Sequence record: DRR723986_3102
Strand: one strand, 5' to 3'
Length of the DNA stretch: 62,568 bases
Below, piece by piece: positions 23,397-33,588 of this stretch (positions are counted from its first letter, which is position 1; every line of letters starts with the position of its first letter). Under the pieces are notes generated by a model, which worked only from the letters and a program-made list of their open reading frames with translations, was not told the origin of the DNA and made no database searches. A program made the position numbers and the translations under genes.

Positions 23397-23426
23397 ATTA
23401 TTACGGCCCCGTGATGAACTTGTCAA
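23397..23426 (-). promoter_or_regulatory. putative sigma70 promoter for the PIN-PhoH gene
   Basis: minus strand TTGACA (23426-23421), 17-nt spacer, then TAATAAT (23403-23397). Confidence 0.6.
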
Positions 23427-23522
23427 TCGCGGGCGGTCTTCGGGCCATTATTAGCGGCTTTAACTGACAGGGAACCCCAATTCGGCTAGCATAGCCGGTC
23501 CAAACTTTAAGCTGTTCACGAC

Positions 23523-25535
23523 ATGCTCAACCAGGATTCACTCGCCCAACTCAAGGGACTCAAATCGCAAATGGAGGCCGAGAAGGAATGGGCCGAAGCG
23601 ATTATCAAGGGTACCCAGGCGCGCTACGGCTTCGCCGTGCTTGATGACGGCCGGGAGATCTTTATTCCCCCGGACGAGATGCTCAAGGTTTTTCCGGATG
23701 ACCGCGTCCGGATCTGCATCCGCCCGACGCGCGATAACAAGACCATCGCCGACATTGAGAAGCTGCTCGACAGTCCGCTAACCGAGTTCACCGGGCGCTG
23801 CGTTACCAAGGGCAAGGCCGTATTCGTCCAGCCTGACCTGCCCCAGATGAAACGCTGGCTGTTCCTGCCGCCCCATGCCCGCAACGGCGTCAAGCAGGGC
23901 GACTATATTCGCTGCGCCATCCTGCGCCACCCGATCCGGGACGGCAAACCGCAGGCCAAGGTGCTCTCGGTGGTCGGCGATGACAGCACCCCCGGCATCG
24001 AAAACATCTACAGCATGGCGCGACACGGCCTGGCGGGAGAGTGGTCCGGCGCTGCCCGCAAGGAACTGGAGCAGCGCATCGCGGCTTTCGACCCGCTGGC
24101 TGGCGGTACCCGCAGGGACCTGACCGACCTGGAATTCATCTCCATTGATGCCGCGAAGACGCAGGATATTGACGACGCCCTCTACGCCGACATCAGCAGC
24201 GACGGCTGGAGTCTCTACGTGGCGATCGCCGATCCCACAGCCTACATCCCCGCAGATTCTCCGCTGCTGGCCGAGATAGCGGCGCGCGGAACCTCGGTTT
24301 ACTTTCATGGCGACCAGGTGCCGATGCTGCCGGAGGCACTTAGCCAGCACAGCTGCGCGCTGTCGGAAGGCGATGACCGCGCGGCGCTGGTCTGCAAGAT
24401 AGCGGTCAGCGATGCCGGGGAAGTTGGCGAGTTCGAATTCTTCGAGGCGATCATCCGCTCCCGGGCCAAGCTGTCCTACTACGCCGTGGACCGCTACCTC
24501 GGCGGCCAGGATGACGAACTGATGAGCCACGCCACGCCCCTGGAAGCGCTGTACCAGTTGTACCGTGCGCTCCGGAATCGGCGGGAGGAGCAGGAACTGG
24601 TGATGGAGGATCGGCGCGAGTACCGCTGGATTCTCAGTGACCAGAAGCAGATTGAGTCGATCGAGCCCTACGAGAAGCTGCTGTCGCAACGACTGGTCGA
24701 GGAATGCATGATCGCCACCAATCGCTGCGCCGCCCGACTCTTGGCGGAACACGGAGCCAGCGGCCCCTTTGTCAGCCATCCGGGATTCCGCGGTGACCGA
24801 ATCGACGAGACCCGCAAGTTCCTGCAGATGCACGCTCCGGCAATAGCCGACTGTGACCTGGCCACCGTCGAGGGTTATCGCGAGGTCATGCGCGAACTGG
24901 GTGCGTCCGCAAACGCCCTGCCACTGCGTTCGATGGTCAATCGCCTGCTGACGCGGGCGGAGCTGGTGACCGAAGCCAGGCCCCACATGGGCATGGCACT
25001 CCCGGGCTATACCAATTGCACCTCACCGCTGCGCAAGTACCTGGATTTCATGGTCCACCTGCAAATCAAGCGGATCCTGCAGGGAATGACCGCAGACCTG
25101 GTGACCCCGGAACGGATTCAGGATCTCAGTGCCCGCCTCGGGCGCTCCCGGGCAGCCACCTTTGAGGCGGAACGCTGGCTGGCGGCCAGATACCTGGCGC
25201 GGCTGGCGGATGATGGCCAGCAGCGCTTCGAAGGCAGGGTTTCCCACATCAACAGCAGTGGGTTCAATGTCAGGCTGGACCAGAATGGGCTGGAGGGCTT
25301 TGTGGACCTGCGCAAGGACCCGGAGAAATTCAGCTACGACAAGTGGACCGCCAGCCTGACCAGCACCACGCGGCGTTTTCAGCTCGAGCAGCCGGTTTCG
25401 GTGATCCTGTCAGGTATCGACGAGCAACAGCAGTACCTCGCGTTGTTTACCCTCGAGGAAGGCTGTGGCCTCAAGCCACCAAAGCAGGAAAATACTACGG
25501 AAGACTCGCCCGCGGAGGACCCGCCGGCAGGGTGA
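23523..25535 (+). CDS. rnb: RNB-domain exoribonuclease (RNase II-like)
   Basis: LAQLK N-terminus, cold-shock domains, catalytic IDAAKTQDIDDA, VAIADP, TSPLRKY, C-terminal S1. Confidence 0.85.
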   Translation: MLNQDSLAQLKGLKSQMEAEKEWAEAIIKGTQARYGFAVLDDGREIFIPPDEMLKVFPDDRVRICIRPTRDNKTIADIEKLLDSPLTEFTGRCVTKGKAVFVQPDLPQMKRWLFLPPHARNGVKQGDYIRCAILRHPIRDGKPQAKVLSVVGDDSTPGIENIYSMARHGLAGEWSGAARKELEQRIAAFDPLAGGTRRDLTDLEFISIDAAKTQDIDDALYADISSDGWSLYVAIADPTAYIPADSPLLAEIAARGTSVYFHGDQVPMLPEALSQHSCALSEGDDRAALVCKIAVSDAGEVGEFEFFEAIIRSRAKLSYYAVDRYLGGQDDELMSHATPLEALYQLYRALRNRREEQELVMEDRREYRWILSDQKQIESIEPYEKLLSQRLVEECMIATNRCAARLLAEHGASGPFVSHPGFRGDRIDETRKFLQMHAPAIADCDLATVEGYREVMRELGASANALPLRSMVNRLLTRAELVTEARPHMGMALPGYTNCTSPLRKYLDFMVHLQIKRILQGMTADLVTPERIQDLSARLGRSRAATFEAERWLAARYLARLADDGQQRFEGRVSHINSSGFNVRLDQNGLEGFVDLRKDPEKFSYDKWTASLTSTTRRFQLEQPVSVILSGIDEQQQYLALFTLEEGCGLKPPKQENTTEDSPAEDPPAG

Positions 25536-25546
25536 CAGGGGCTTGC

Positions 25547-25855
25547 TCAGGGGTGGTGCAGGTGGCCCGGTGCGGCCATCGGCCGGGTGATAGCCGGCGC
25601 GCCGCCGGCCAACTGCGCCTGCACACGGGATACCAGCGCGATCATCTCGCCCACCCCCAGCGCTCGCAGGTAATCCCCCATTTCCCGGTGCGCGTCCATG
25701 CTGACATTGTGATCAACCACGCGCAGGGCCTGGATAATCAGTAACTCCGAGGCGCTGTAACGCTTGTCCTCCCCGAATATCAGCTTGGTGAACGTATCCA
25801 CGATCGCCATTTCGCTCACCGCCCCGGTTTCCTGGAGCAAACACGCCCTTTTCAT
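25547..25855 (-). CDS. small hypothetical protein
   Basis: 102-aa ORF with strong RBS (AGGGAGG) upstream of ATG; plausible helical protein. Confidence 0.6.
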   Translation of the reverse strand: MKRACLLQETGAVSEMAIVDTFTKLIFGEDKRYSASELLIIQALRVVDHNVSMDAHREMGDYLRALGVGEMIALVSRVQAQLAGGAPAITRPMAAPGHLHHP

Positions 25856-26040
25856 ATCGCCTCCCTACCGCCATCCGCGCACTCGCAGCAGCGCCAGCTT
25901 GTATGCATGTATTGAGTATGGACGAGCGGAAGGGATGAATTGCTCAAAAAATGGGCAATATGTCACAAATTAGACAAAGGAAGCTGCCGTTTGCCCCAAA
26001 GAAGGCGCTTGCCGACGCGGATTTCCGCGCCGGCGGCGTT

Positions 26041-27438
<1,398 letters not shown>

Positions 27439-27495
27439 TGGGATCCTGTAAGTCGTGGCTAAGAGCACAGGCGCGGAGCATACCGAAAGGGGTAT

Positions 27496-28065
27496 TCATC
27501 GCGCAATGCGGGTGATCTTGCTGCCCTCCAGGGTGAGGTTGTACATCAGGCCTTCATTGGAAAATATGAAGGCAATTATGGGCTGGCTGAGCTGCTTGCT
27601 GTCCAGGCTGCCACCGGCACCTCGCCTGGCGACTGCGATACTGCCGTCAAGCCCCACCTGCCAGCCGTGGCTGGCGCGAAAATCCGCCAACGCCTCATCG
27701 CTCATGAACAGAATCACCTCTGACTTGTACTGGGCGCCGAGCTGCAGACCAAACGAGGCTCCAGCAGTCGCGTAATAAGCCACCGGCTGCTCCGCTACCA
27801 GCAGAACGCCCTCTCCGTATTGTCCGCCGACGCCAAAGCCCATTTTCACCACGTCCGGGAACACCAACACCCCGCGAGCCTTGCTCAGCAGATCAGCAGC
27901 GCCGGCATCGTGCGCCCGCAGCCGGTCCAGTGCCTGTTCTGTCTGGGCATCGATGACCGCCTTGCTGTCGGCGTGAACCACCATGGAAAGCAGCAGCGAG
28001 ACTGTCACCAGGCAAGCGCCCAGCAAGGTCAATTCACGGCCCCGGCCCACGCGGCGCTCAGACAT
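27496..28065 (-). CDS. Ysc84/SYLF lipid-binding domain secreted protein
   Basis: ARGVLVFP, GGQYGEGVL, SFGLQLGAQ, GLMYNLTLEGSKI. Confidence 0.85.
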   Translation of the reverse strand: MSERRVGRGRELTLLGACLVTVSLLLSMVVHADSKAVIDAQTEQALDRLRAHDAGAADLLSKARGVLVFPDVVKMGFGVGGQYGEGVLLVAEQPVAYYATAGASFGLQLGAQYKSEVILFMSDEALADFRASHGWQVGLDGSIAVARRGAGGSLDSKQLSQPIIAFIFSNEGLMYNLTLEGSKITRIAR

Positions 28066-29005
28066 CAAAGCGCTCTCCCACCAGGGATTCGGACAGTGCC
28101 CAGAGGCGCTCTGCCGCCACCGGATCCAGGGCGAATGCCTCTACCCCGCCATCCTCGCCCGCCTGGGCTGGCGCCGCGACATGACAGTCTTCGAGGTAAA
28201 GCCCACCCTGCCCCGCAAGGTCCGGCGAACTCGCCGCCCACACCGTGGTTGCCGCACCCTGCGGAATCGACTTGAGGCGCATGGTATTGCCGGAAGGTGA
28301 GCTGCTTTTTATAGCGCTCATTTCCTCCTGTGTAAGATGCCGACTCAACTCGGTCTGGATCACCCCCGGGTGAACCGCGAGCGCGTGCACACCGCGAGCA
28401 GCCAGGCGCTTCTCCAGCGCTACCGTGAACAGGGCGTTACTGGTTTTGGCCTGGCCGTAGGCTTGCCATTTGTTATAGGGGCGATCCTGGTAGTTGGGAT
28501 CATCGAAGTCCACGCCGCCGATCTTGTGCCCCCCGGAACTCAGGTTGACGATCCGGCCGGGCGCGCCCGCCAGCAGCGCGGGCACCAGCAGGCAGGTCAG
28601 GAGGAAGTGGCCGAGGTGATTGGTACCGAATTGCAGCTCGAAACCCTGCACCGTGCGGCCCAATGGGCAAGCCATCACACCGGCATTATTGATCAGCAAC
28701 TGGATCCGGGGGACGCGCTGCAGCAACTCCCGGGCACAGCTGCGAATACTGTCGAGATCCGCCAGATCAACCTGGGCCGTCCCGATATCCGCATGCGGGA
28801 GCTCCTCTGCCAGGGCCTGCGCCACTGCCTGCAACTTGGCCTGGTTCCGGCCCAGCAGGATAACCGCGGCACCGGCAGCCGCCAGCGCACGCGAGGTCTC
28901 AACCCCCAGCCCTGCCGTAGCACCGGTTACTACCGCCGTCTGTCCGCTGAGGTCGATGCCGGCCAACACCTCGGTAGTACTTGAGTCAAAGCCAAATTCA
29001 GGCAT
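28058..29005 (-). CDS. short-chain dehydrogenase (retinol dehydrogenase-like)
   Basis: TGATAGLG, NNAG, TNHLGHF, YGQAK, HPG. Confidence 0.92.
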   Translation of the reverse strand: MPEFGFDSSTTEVLAGIDLSGQTAVVTGATAGLGVETSRALAAAGAAVILLGRNQAKLQAVAQALAEELPHADIGTAQVDLADLDSIRSCARELLQRVPRIQLLINNAGVMACPLGRTVQGFELQFGTNHLGHFLLTCLLVPALLAGAPGRIVNLSSGGHKIGGVDFDDPNYQDRPYNKWQAYGQAKTSNALFTVALEKRLAARGVHALAVHPGVIQTELSRHLTQEEMSAIKSSSPSGNTMRLKSIPQGAATTVWAASSPDLAGQGGLYLEDCHVAAPAQAGEDGGVEAFALDPVAAERLWALSESLVGERFDV

Positions 29006-29111
29006 GGTCACTTTCCCTTTCTGCGCCCGCAAGGCGGGCATTGTTGTCGCCCATGATAGACGGTTTAATGGCAATCGCCGCGATCCCGCGCCCAGTGTAC
29101 TGGAGAGTCAC

Positions 29112-29507
29112 ATGATCGACCCGACCGAAATCGAATTTCTCGAAGGTGGAAGTTACCTGAGCCTGGCTACCCGCAAGCGCTCGGGAGAATTCGTCCCCAC
29201 ACCGGTGTGGTTTGCTCCCCGCGATGGCGCCTACTACGTTTTCTCCGCCGGCGAGGCAGGAAAGGTGAAGCGGCTGCGCAACTTCCGCGCTGCCCGGGTC
29301 GCCGCCTGTACCGTGACCGGCACCGTGACCGGCGACTGGCTGGACGCCGAGGCGGAGATACTGACCACACCGTCCGACTGCGACCTTGCCCTGGCGGCGC
29401 TGCGCGAAAAATACGGCTGGCAGATGGCGCTGACTGACCTGTTTTCCCGGCTCTCGGGGAAATACGGACGTCGCGCTTATATCCGGGTGACGCTTAGCGG
29501 GGCATAG
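29112..29507 (+). CDS. PPOX-class (split beta-barrel) putative F420-dependent oxidoreductase
   Basis: YLSLATRKRSGEFVPTPVW, GKVKRLRN, KYG motifs; RBS GGAGAG. Confidence 0.8.
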   Translation: MIDPTEIEFLEGGSYLSLATRKRSGEFVPTPVWFAPRDGAYYVFSAGEAGKVKRLRNFRAARVAACTVTGTVTGDWLDAEAEILTTPSDCDLALAALREKYGWQMALTDLFSRLSGKYGRRAYIRVTLSGA

Positions 29508-30717
29508 TGTCGGCCAACTGCTCACGGCGCACCGCCTCCAGCTGGACGCGGTAGGTTTCCACATCTCCGCGCAGGGTTGCCGCCTCCATGGCCCGGGTAA
29601 TGAAACGGCTGGCACCATCGAGGTCTTCAAGCTGGTAGCGGATCAGGCCCGCCGCGTAGAGCAGGCGACTGTCCCCGGGTTTGCGTGCCAGCGCATCATC
29701 ATAGTGCTCTCGGGCTGCGGCCCAGTCACCGCCCTCGGCCGCCGTGTCGCCAAGCCAGGCATGGTAGTACGGATTGGTATTCCGGTAGCGCTCGACCCGT
29801 TCCTCCCAGTAGGCCTTTTCCACTTCCTGTCCCATCTGGTCGTACAGCACGACCAGGTTGTTCATCGCTGAACGGTCGCTCCGGTCATAGAGCAGGGCCT
29901 GGAAGTAGCTGCGCTCGGCAGCCTCGAACTGTCCGCTGCGCCGATAGATCGCCCCGATGTTGACCCAGAGCTGCTGCATATTGGGACTCAGCTGCAGGGC
30001 CTTCACCATCTGGATCCAGGCCGTTTCCAAATCATCCTCGGCGAAGGCATTCATCGCGATATTGTTGTGGTAGAGGGCCTCGGCATCCGCGTCAGAGAGC
30101 AAGCGGGTGTCGGCCACGTCCCGGGAGGGCAGCGGATCGATATCGACCATGAACTGCTCACCGGTATTGATCCGCACCAGCACATTGACGTGCAGCCGGA
30201 CCGCCACCCGCTCGCCCATCCGGGTCCACTGGGGGCGCACCTCCAGCCACTGGTAGCGCGCGTCCAGCCCGGCCTCCCGGGCCATGGCGACAAACAGGTG
30301 GGCATAGCTGAGGCAGTTGGCGGTACCCCGGTGGAAAGCCTCGGTCGCACTGCCCTCGGCAAAAGGATCGTATTGCATATCGAGCAGGGCAGCGCTTTTC
30401 ACCGCCTGGTGCAGGTTCAGCAGACGGGTGTGCTGGCTGCCACGGGTTCCGGCGTAGCGTTCCACGAAGTCACGCATGGGCTCATCAAGGATCAGCAGTT
30501 CAGGGGCGGGCGGCGCCAATTCGACATCGCCGCGCGTAACCACCCGGTCTCCCAGTTGCAGGGGTTCAATAAGCGCCAGGGAACTGCGGTCACCCGGTAT
30601 GCCGGCACAGCCCGCCACGGCGACCGCCAGCAGCAGCACAAGGAACTCCCGCAGGACGGGGGCTATCCTCCACCTGGCCGCGGTTCGGCGAAGACCTGTC
30701 GCTGCGCCATATCCCAT
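29494..30717 (-). CDS. transglutaminase-like + TPR lipoprotein
   Basis: lipobox AVAGC; ANCLSYA (Cys), HVNV (His), VDID (Asp); C-terminal TPRs; true start may be downstream of 30717. Confidence 0.8.
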   Translation of the reverse strand: MGYGAATGLRRTAARWRIAPVLREFLVLLLAVAVAGCAGIPGDRSSLALIEPLQLGDRVVTRGDVELAPPAPELLILDEPMRDFVERYAGTRGSQHTRLLNLHQAVKSAALLDMQYDPFAEGSATEAFHRGTANCLSYAHLFVAMAREAGLDARYQWLEVRPQWTRMGERVAVRLHVNVLVRINTGEQFMVDIDPLPSRDVADTRLLSDADAEALYHNNIAMNAFAEDDLETAWIQMVKALQLSPNMQQLWVNIGAIYRRSGQFEAAERSYFQALLYDRSDRSAMNNLVVLYDQMGQEVEKAYWEERVERYRNTNPYYHAWLGDTAAEGGDWAAAREHYDDALARKPGDSRLLYAAGLIRYQLEDLDGASRFITRAMEAATLRGDVETYRVQLEAVRREQLADTMPR

Positions 30718-30778
30718 TCGCTACTCCGGGTGGCGCGAGGCGCGCCACTACCGACAGTATAGCCACTGGCAGAATCCT

Positions 30779-31258
30779 TCAGCCAAACTGGAGGCGGCTG
30801 AACTCCCTGGCCATACTCTCAATATAGTAGACGTCTTCGGCACTGAATCGTTCCGGCCGTGGACTGTCGACATCCAGCACCCCGACGATGTCCCCGGCGC
30901 TGCGCAGCGGAACCACGACCTCCGAACGGGAGCGGCTGTCGCAGGTAATGTGGCCAGGAAAGGCGAGCACGTCGTCGACCACCTGGGTTGCCGCTGCCGC
31001 CACCGCGGTGCCGCAGACGCCGCGGCCGACGGGAATTCGCACGCAGGCCGGGAGGCCCTGGAACGGACCCAGCACCAGCTCATCCCCCTGCAGGAAGTAG
31101 AAGCCCAACCAGTTGATATCGTCCAGTTGTGCAGCCAGCAGGGCGGCGCAGTTGGCGGCATTGGCCACCAGGTCCGGCTCACCGCTCATCAACCCGCGCA
31201 GCGCCAGCAGCACGTCCTCCAGGGACAGTTTCTCACCCGGTTCCAGTTGAAACATCAC
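30779..31258 (-). CDS. msrC: GAF-domain protein, free methionine-(R)-sulfoxide reductase (YebR/MsrC-like)
   Basis: NWLGFY, LGPFQG..AC, GRGVCG, HITCD..SRSEVVVP, LDVDS. Confidence 0.85.
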   Translation of the reverse strand: MMFQLEPGEKLSLEDVLLALRGLMSGEPDLVANAANCAALLAAQLDDINWLGFYFLQGDELVLGPFQGLPACVRIPVGRGVCGTAVAAAATQVVDDVLAFPGHITCDSRSRSEVVVPLRSAGDIVGVLDVDSPRPERFSAEDVYYIESMAREFSRLQFG

Positions 31259-31281
31259 CCATCTCCCCTCAGCACCACGTC

Positions 31282-31295
31282 TTGACCTGGGTCAA
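31282..31295. promoter_or_regulatory. FNR/Anr-like palindromic site
   Basis: TTGAC-CTGG-GTCAA in the divergent intergenic region. Confidence 0.5.
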
Positions 31296-31372
31296 TGCCA
31301 CAGGCGCTGGAGGGGTGCAGTGTATTGCGTGCATAACAGTCTTTAGTCAGTGGTTAACGTGGGAGAGTCAAA

Positions 31373-31504
31373 ATGACCCAACACATTCTGCAAGAGGATA
31401 CCCTGGAAGACCAGCGCACCATGCACCGCCTGGCGGCGGTCATAGGCGGCTTCATGCTCGGCACTGCCGCCATGGCCCTGGTCATCGCCTTTATCGCGGG
31501 TTAG
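31373..31504 (+). CDS. 43-aa small membrane protein (below the ORF-track cutoff)
   Basis: MTQHILQEDTLEDQRTMHRLAAVIGGFMLGTAAMALVIAFIAG*; RBS GGGAGAG; single C-terminal TM; fills the intergenic gap. Confidence 0.7.
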   Translation: MTQHILQEDTLEDQRTMHRLAAVIGGFMLGTAAMALVIAFIAG

Positions 31505-31510
31505 CGCCCT

Positions 31511-32140
31511 TCAGGCCGCGGTGTGCAGACCACATTCGCGGCCGTCGAAGACCTTGGTCGGATCGAAATAGTGGCGACAGGTGGGCAGCTCATGGGCCCG
31601 CATATAGTCATCCACCTCATCGTCTGACCAGTAAAAGATCGGCGCTACCTTGAGGATGCCACGCTTATCCCTGGAGACGATATCCAGGGTTTTGCGGTGT
31701 TCTGTTTCCTCGCGCCGGATTCCGGTCAGCCAGACCTCCGGCCGCCATTCATCCAGGGCCCGCTCGAAGGGTTCCAGCTTTACCTGCCGGGTAAACTCCT
31801 CGTGCCGCGACTCTTCGTCCACCGTAGGGATTCCCCCCATGATCGCGTTGCGCCGCTCGGAGGTCATCTGGGGTGCGTAAACCTTGATGTTGAGCTTGAG
31901 GTCGCGGATCAGGCGCTCGGCCACCAGGTAGGTATCACGCAGGTTGTAGCCGGTATCCACCCAGATGGTGGGCAGCTCCGGTGCAAGCTGGCTCACCATA
32001 TGCAGCATAACGGCGGCATTGCGCCCCATACTGGTGGTGGCAATCGCCGGCAGTCCCAGTTCCAGCGCCCAGCGCACGATACGCTGCGGGTCGGCGTCGC
32101 GTAGGTCGCTGTTTGCTTGCTCGATGTCCGATTGCTGCAC
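31511..32140 (-). CDS. cysH: phosphoadenosine/adenosine phosphosulfate reductase
   Basis: VDTGY, KLEPF, TGIRREET, C-terminal ECGLH; start set at GTG 32140. Confidence 0.88.
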   Translation of the reverse strand: MQQSDIEQANSDLRDADPQRIVRWALELGLPAIATTSMGRNAAVMLHMVSQLAPELPTIWVDTGYNLRDTYLVAERLIRDLKLNIKVYAPQMTSERRNAIMGGIPTVDEESRHEEFTRQVKLEPFERALDEWRPEVWLTGIRREETEHRKTLDIVSRDKRGILKVAPIFYWSDDEVDDYMRAHELPTCRHYFDPTKVFDGRECGLHTAA

Positions 32141-32344
32141 GCCAAAAGGCCAGGTTGAATAAGGAAGTGAGACTCTAAAGAAGGAAAAACGCCAGCACAA
32201 ATAACCATGTTGCATATCGTTATTCTGACGCCCCGGTGCCCGGGCTGTCAGAAAGCGCCAGTTTGTCTGGCACCCCCCTGTCATTGTCCCCCTGCAAACG
32301 CCCGCCGATACTGAGCCGATTGAAAACCCGACGGAGTTGTCGTG

Positions 32345-33472
32345 ATGCGTAACGAACTGTGCGAAAAACTTGGGATCGAGTATCCTATCTTTGCCTTTAC
32401 CCACTGCCGGGATGTGGTTGTCGCGGTCAGCAAGGCTGGCGGTATCGGCGTCCTCGGTGCCGTGGGCTTCAGCCCCGCCCAGCTGAAAGAGGAGCTCGAC
32501 TGGATCGATGCGCACATCGGGGACAAGCCCTATGGGGTCGATGTGGTCATTCCCCAGAAGTACGAGGGCATGGGCTCCATGAGCGCCGAGGAAATGGAAG
32601 AGCAACTGTGGAAAATGGTGCCCCAGGAGCACATGGATTTTGCCCAGAAGCTGCTGGCGGACGCCGGTGTCCCCGAGTGGCCCGACGGCACCAAAACCAT
32701 GGGGCTGATGGGCTGGACCGACGCCACCGCCACCCCCCTGCTGGAAGAAGCCCTGACCCGTCCCAACTGCCGGATGATCGCCAATGCGCTGGGCACACCC
32801 CCGGCAGACAAGATCAAGATGGTACAGGACTCCGGCCGCCTAATCGGCGCTCTTTGCGGCCGGGTCAAGCAGGCCGTCGCACACAAGGAAGCGGGCCTGG
32901 ACTTCGTGGTTGCCCAGGGCGGTGAAGGTGGCGGACATACGGGCGACGTCGGCTCGATCGTACTCTGGCCGCAGATCGTCGACGCCCTCGGCGACACCCC
33001 CATGCTTGCGGCGGGTGGGATCGGCAACGGGCGGCAGATCGCCGCCGCGCTGGCCATGGGAGCCGCCGGCGTCTGGACTGGTTCCCTGTGGCTTACAGTC
33101 GAAGAAGCCCACACCCAGCCGGCGCAGAAGAACTCCCTGCTGGCGGCGTCCAGCGAAGACACCGTGCGCTCCCGGTCCTGGACCGGCAAGACCTGCCGTA
33201 TGCTCAAGAATGAGTGGACTGAAGCCTGGGAGCGGCCGGACACCCCCGAGCCCCTGGGTATGCCACTGCAGGGCATGATCACATCCGATGGCATGCGCCG
33301 CACCTCCGCCTACGCGGACGTGGCGGAATGCCAGAAGGTCGCCTTCAACCCCTGCGGCCAGGTTATCGGCCAGATCAAGGAGGTCGAGTCCTGCCGCCAG
33401 GTCATCTTCCGCCTGCTCGATGAGTACGTCGATGCGGTGGGCAAGGCGGGGAGCATGCTGCCGGAGGTCTGA
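32345..33472 (+). CDS. nitronate monooxygenase / FMN-dependent 2-nitropropane dioxygenase family
   Basis: LGIEYPIF, VSKAGGIGVL, QGGEGGGH, AAGGIGNG. Confidence 0.88.
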   Translation: MRNELCEKLGIEYPIFAFTHCRDVVVAVSKAGGIGVLGAVGFSPAQLKEELDWIDAHIGDKPYGVDVVIPQKYEGMGSMSAEEMEEQLWKMVPQEHMDFAQKLLADAGVPEWPDGTKTMGLMGWTDATATPLLEEALTRPNCRMIANALGTPPADKIKMVQDSGRLIGALCGRVKQAVAHKEAGLDFVVAQGGEGGGHTGDVGSIVLWPQIVDALGDTPMLAAGGIGNGRQIAAALAMGAAGVWTGSLWLTVEEAHTQPAQKNSLLAASSEDTVRSRSWTGKTCRMLKNEWTEAWERPDTPEPLGMPLQGMITSDGMRRTSAYADVAECQKVAFNPCGQVIGQIKEVESCRQVIFRLLDEYVDAVGKAGSMLPEV

Positions 33473-33588
33473 GCAGCACCGCGGCAAGCCCAGCGCCACA
33501 AGCCCGGGGGCTGGTCAGCAGGCATACGACTGTCGATCACCCCCGACTCGGGCTACTATTGCAACTCGCCAATCCCGGGATACTTTCC

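Noticed and set aside
23081-23454. Short ORFs in the PhoH-rnb intergenic region as an antitoxin gene
   Set aside because: No convincing RBS or protein-like composition; they overlap the predicted promoter and hairpins, so an RNA-structure explanation fits better
32268-32285. sigma54 promoter (TGGCAC) upstream of the nitronate monooxygenase gene
   Set aside because: The -12 TTGC element is missing at the required spacing
32141-32632. Long N-terminal extension of cysH in the ORF track (likewise for miaA, queG, ggt, PPOX and lipocalin)
   Set aside because: Extensions overlap neighbouring genes and lack family similarity; downstream starts were chosen
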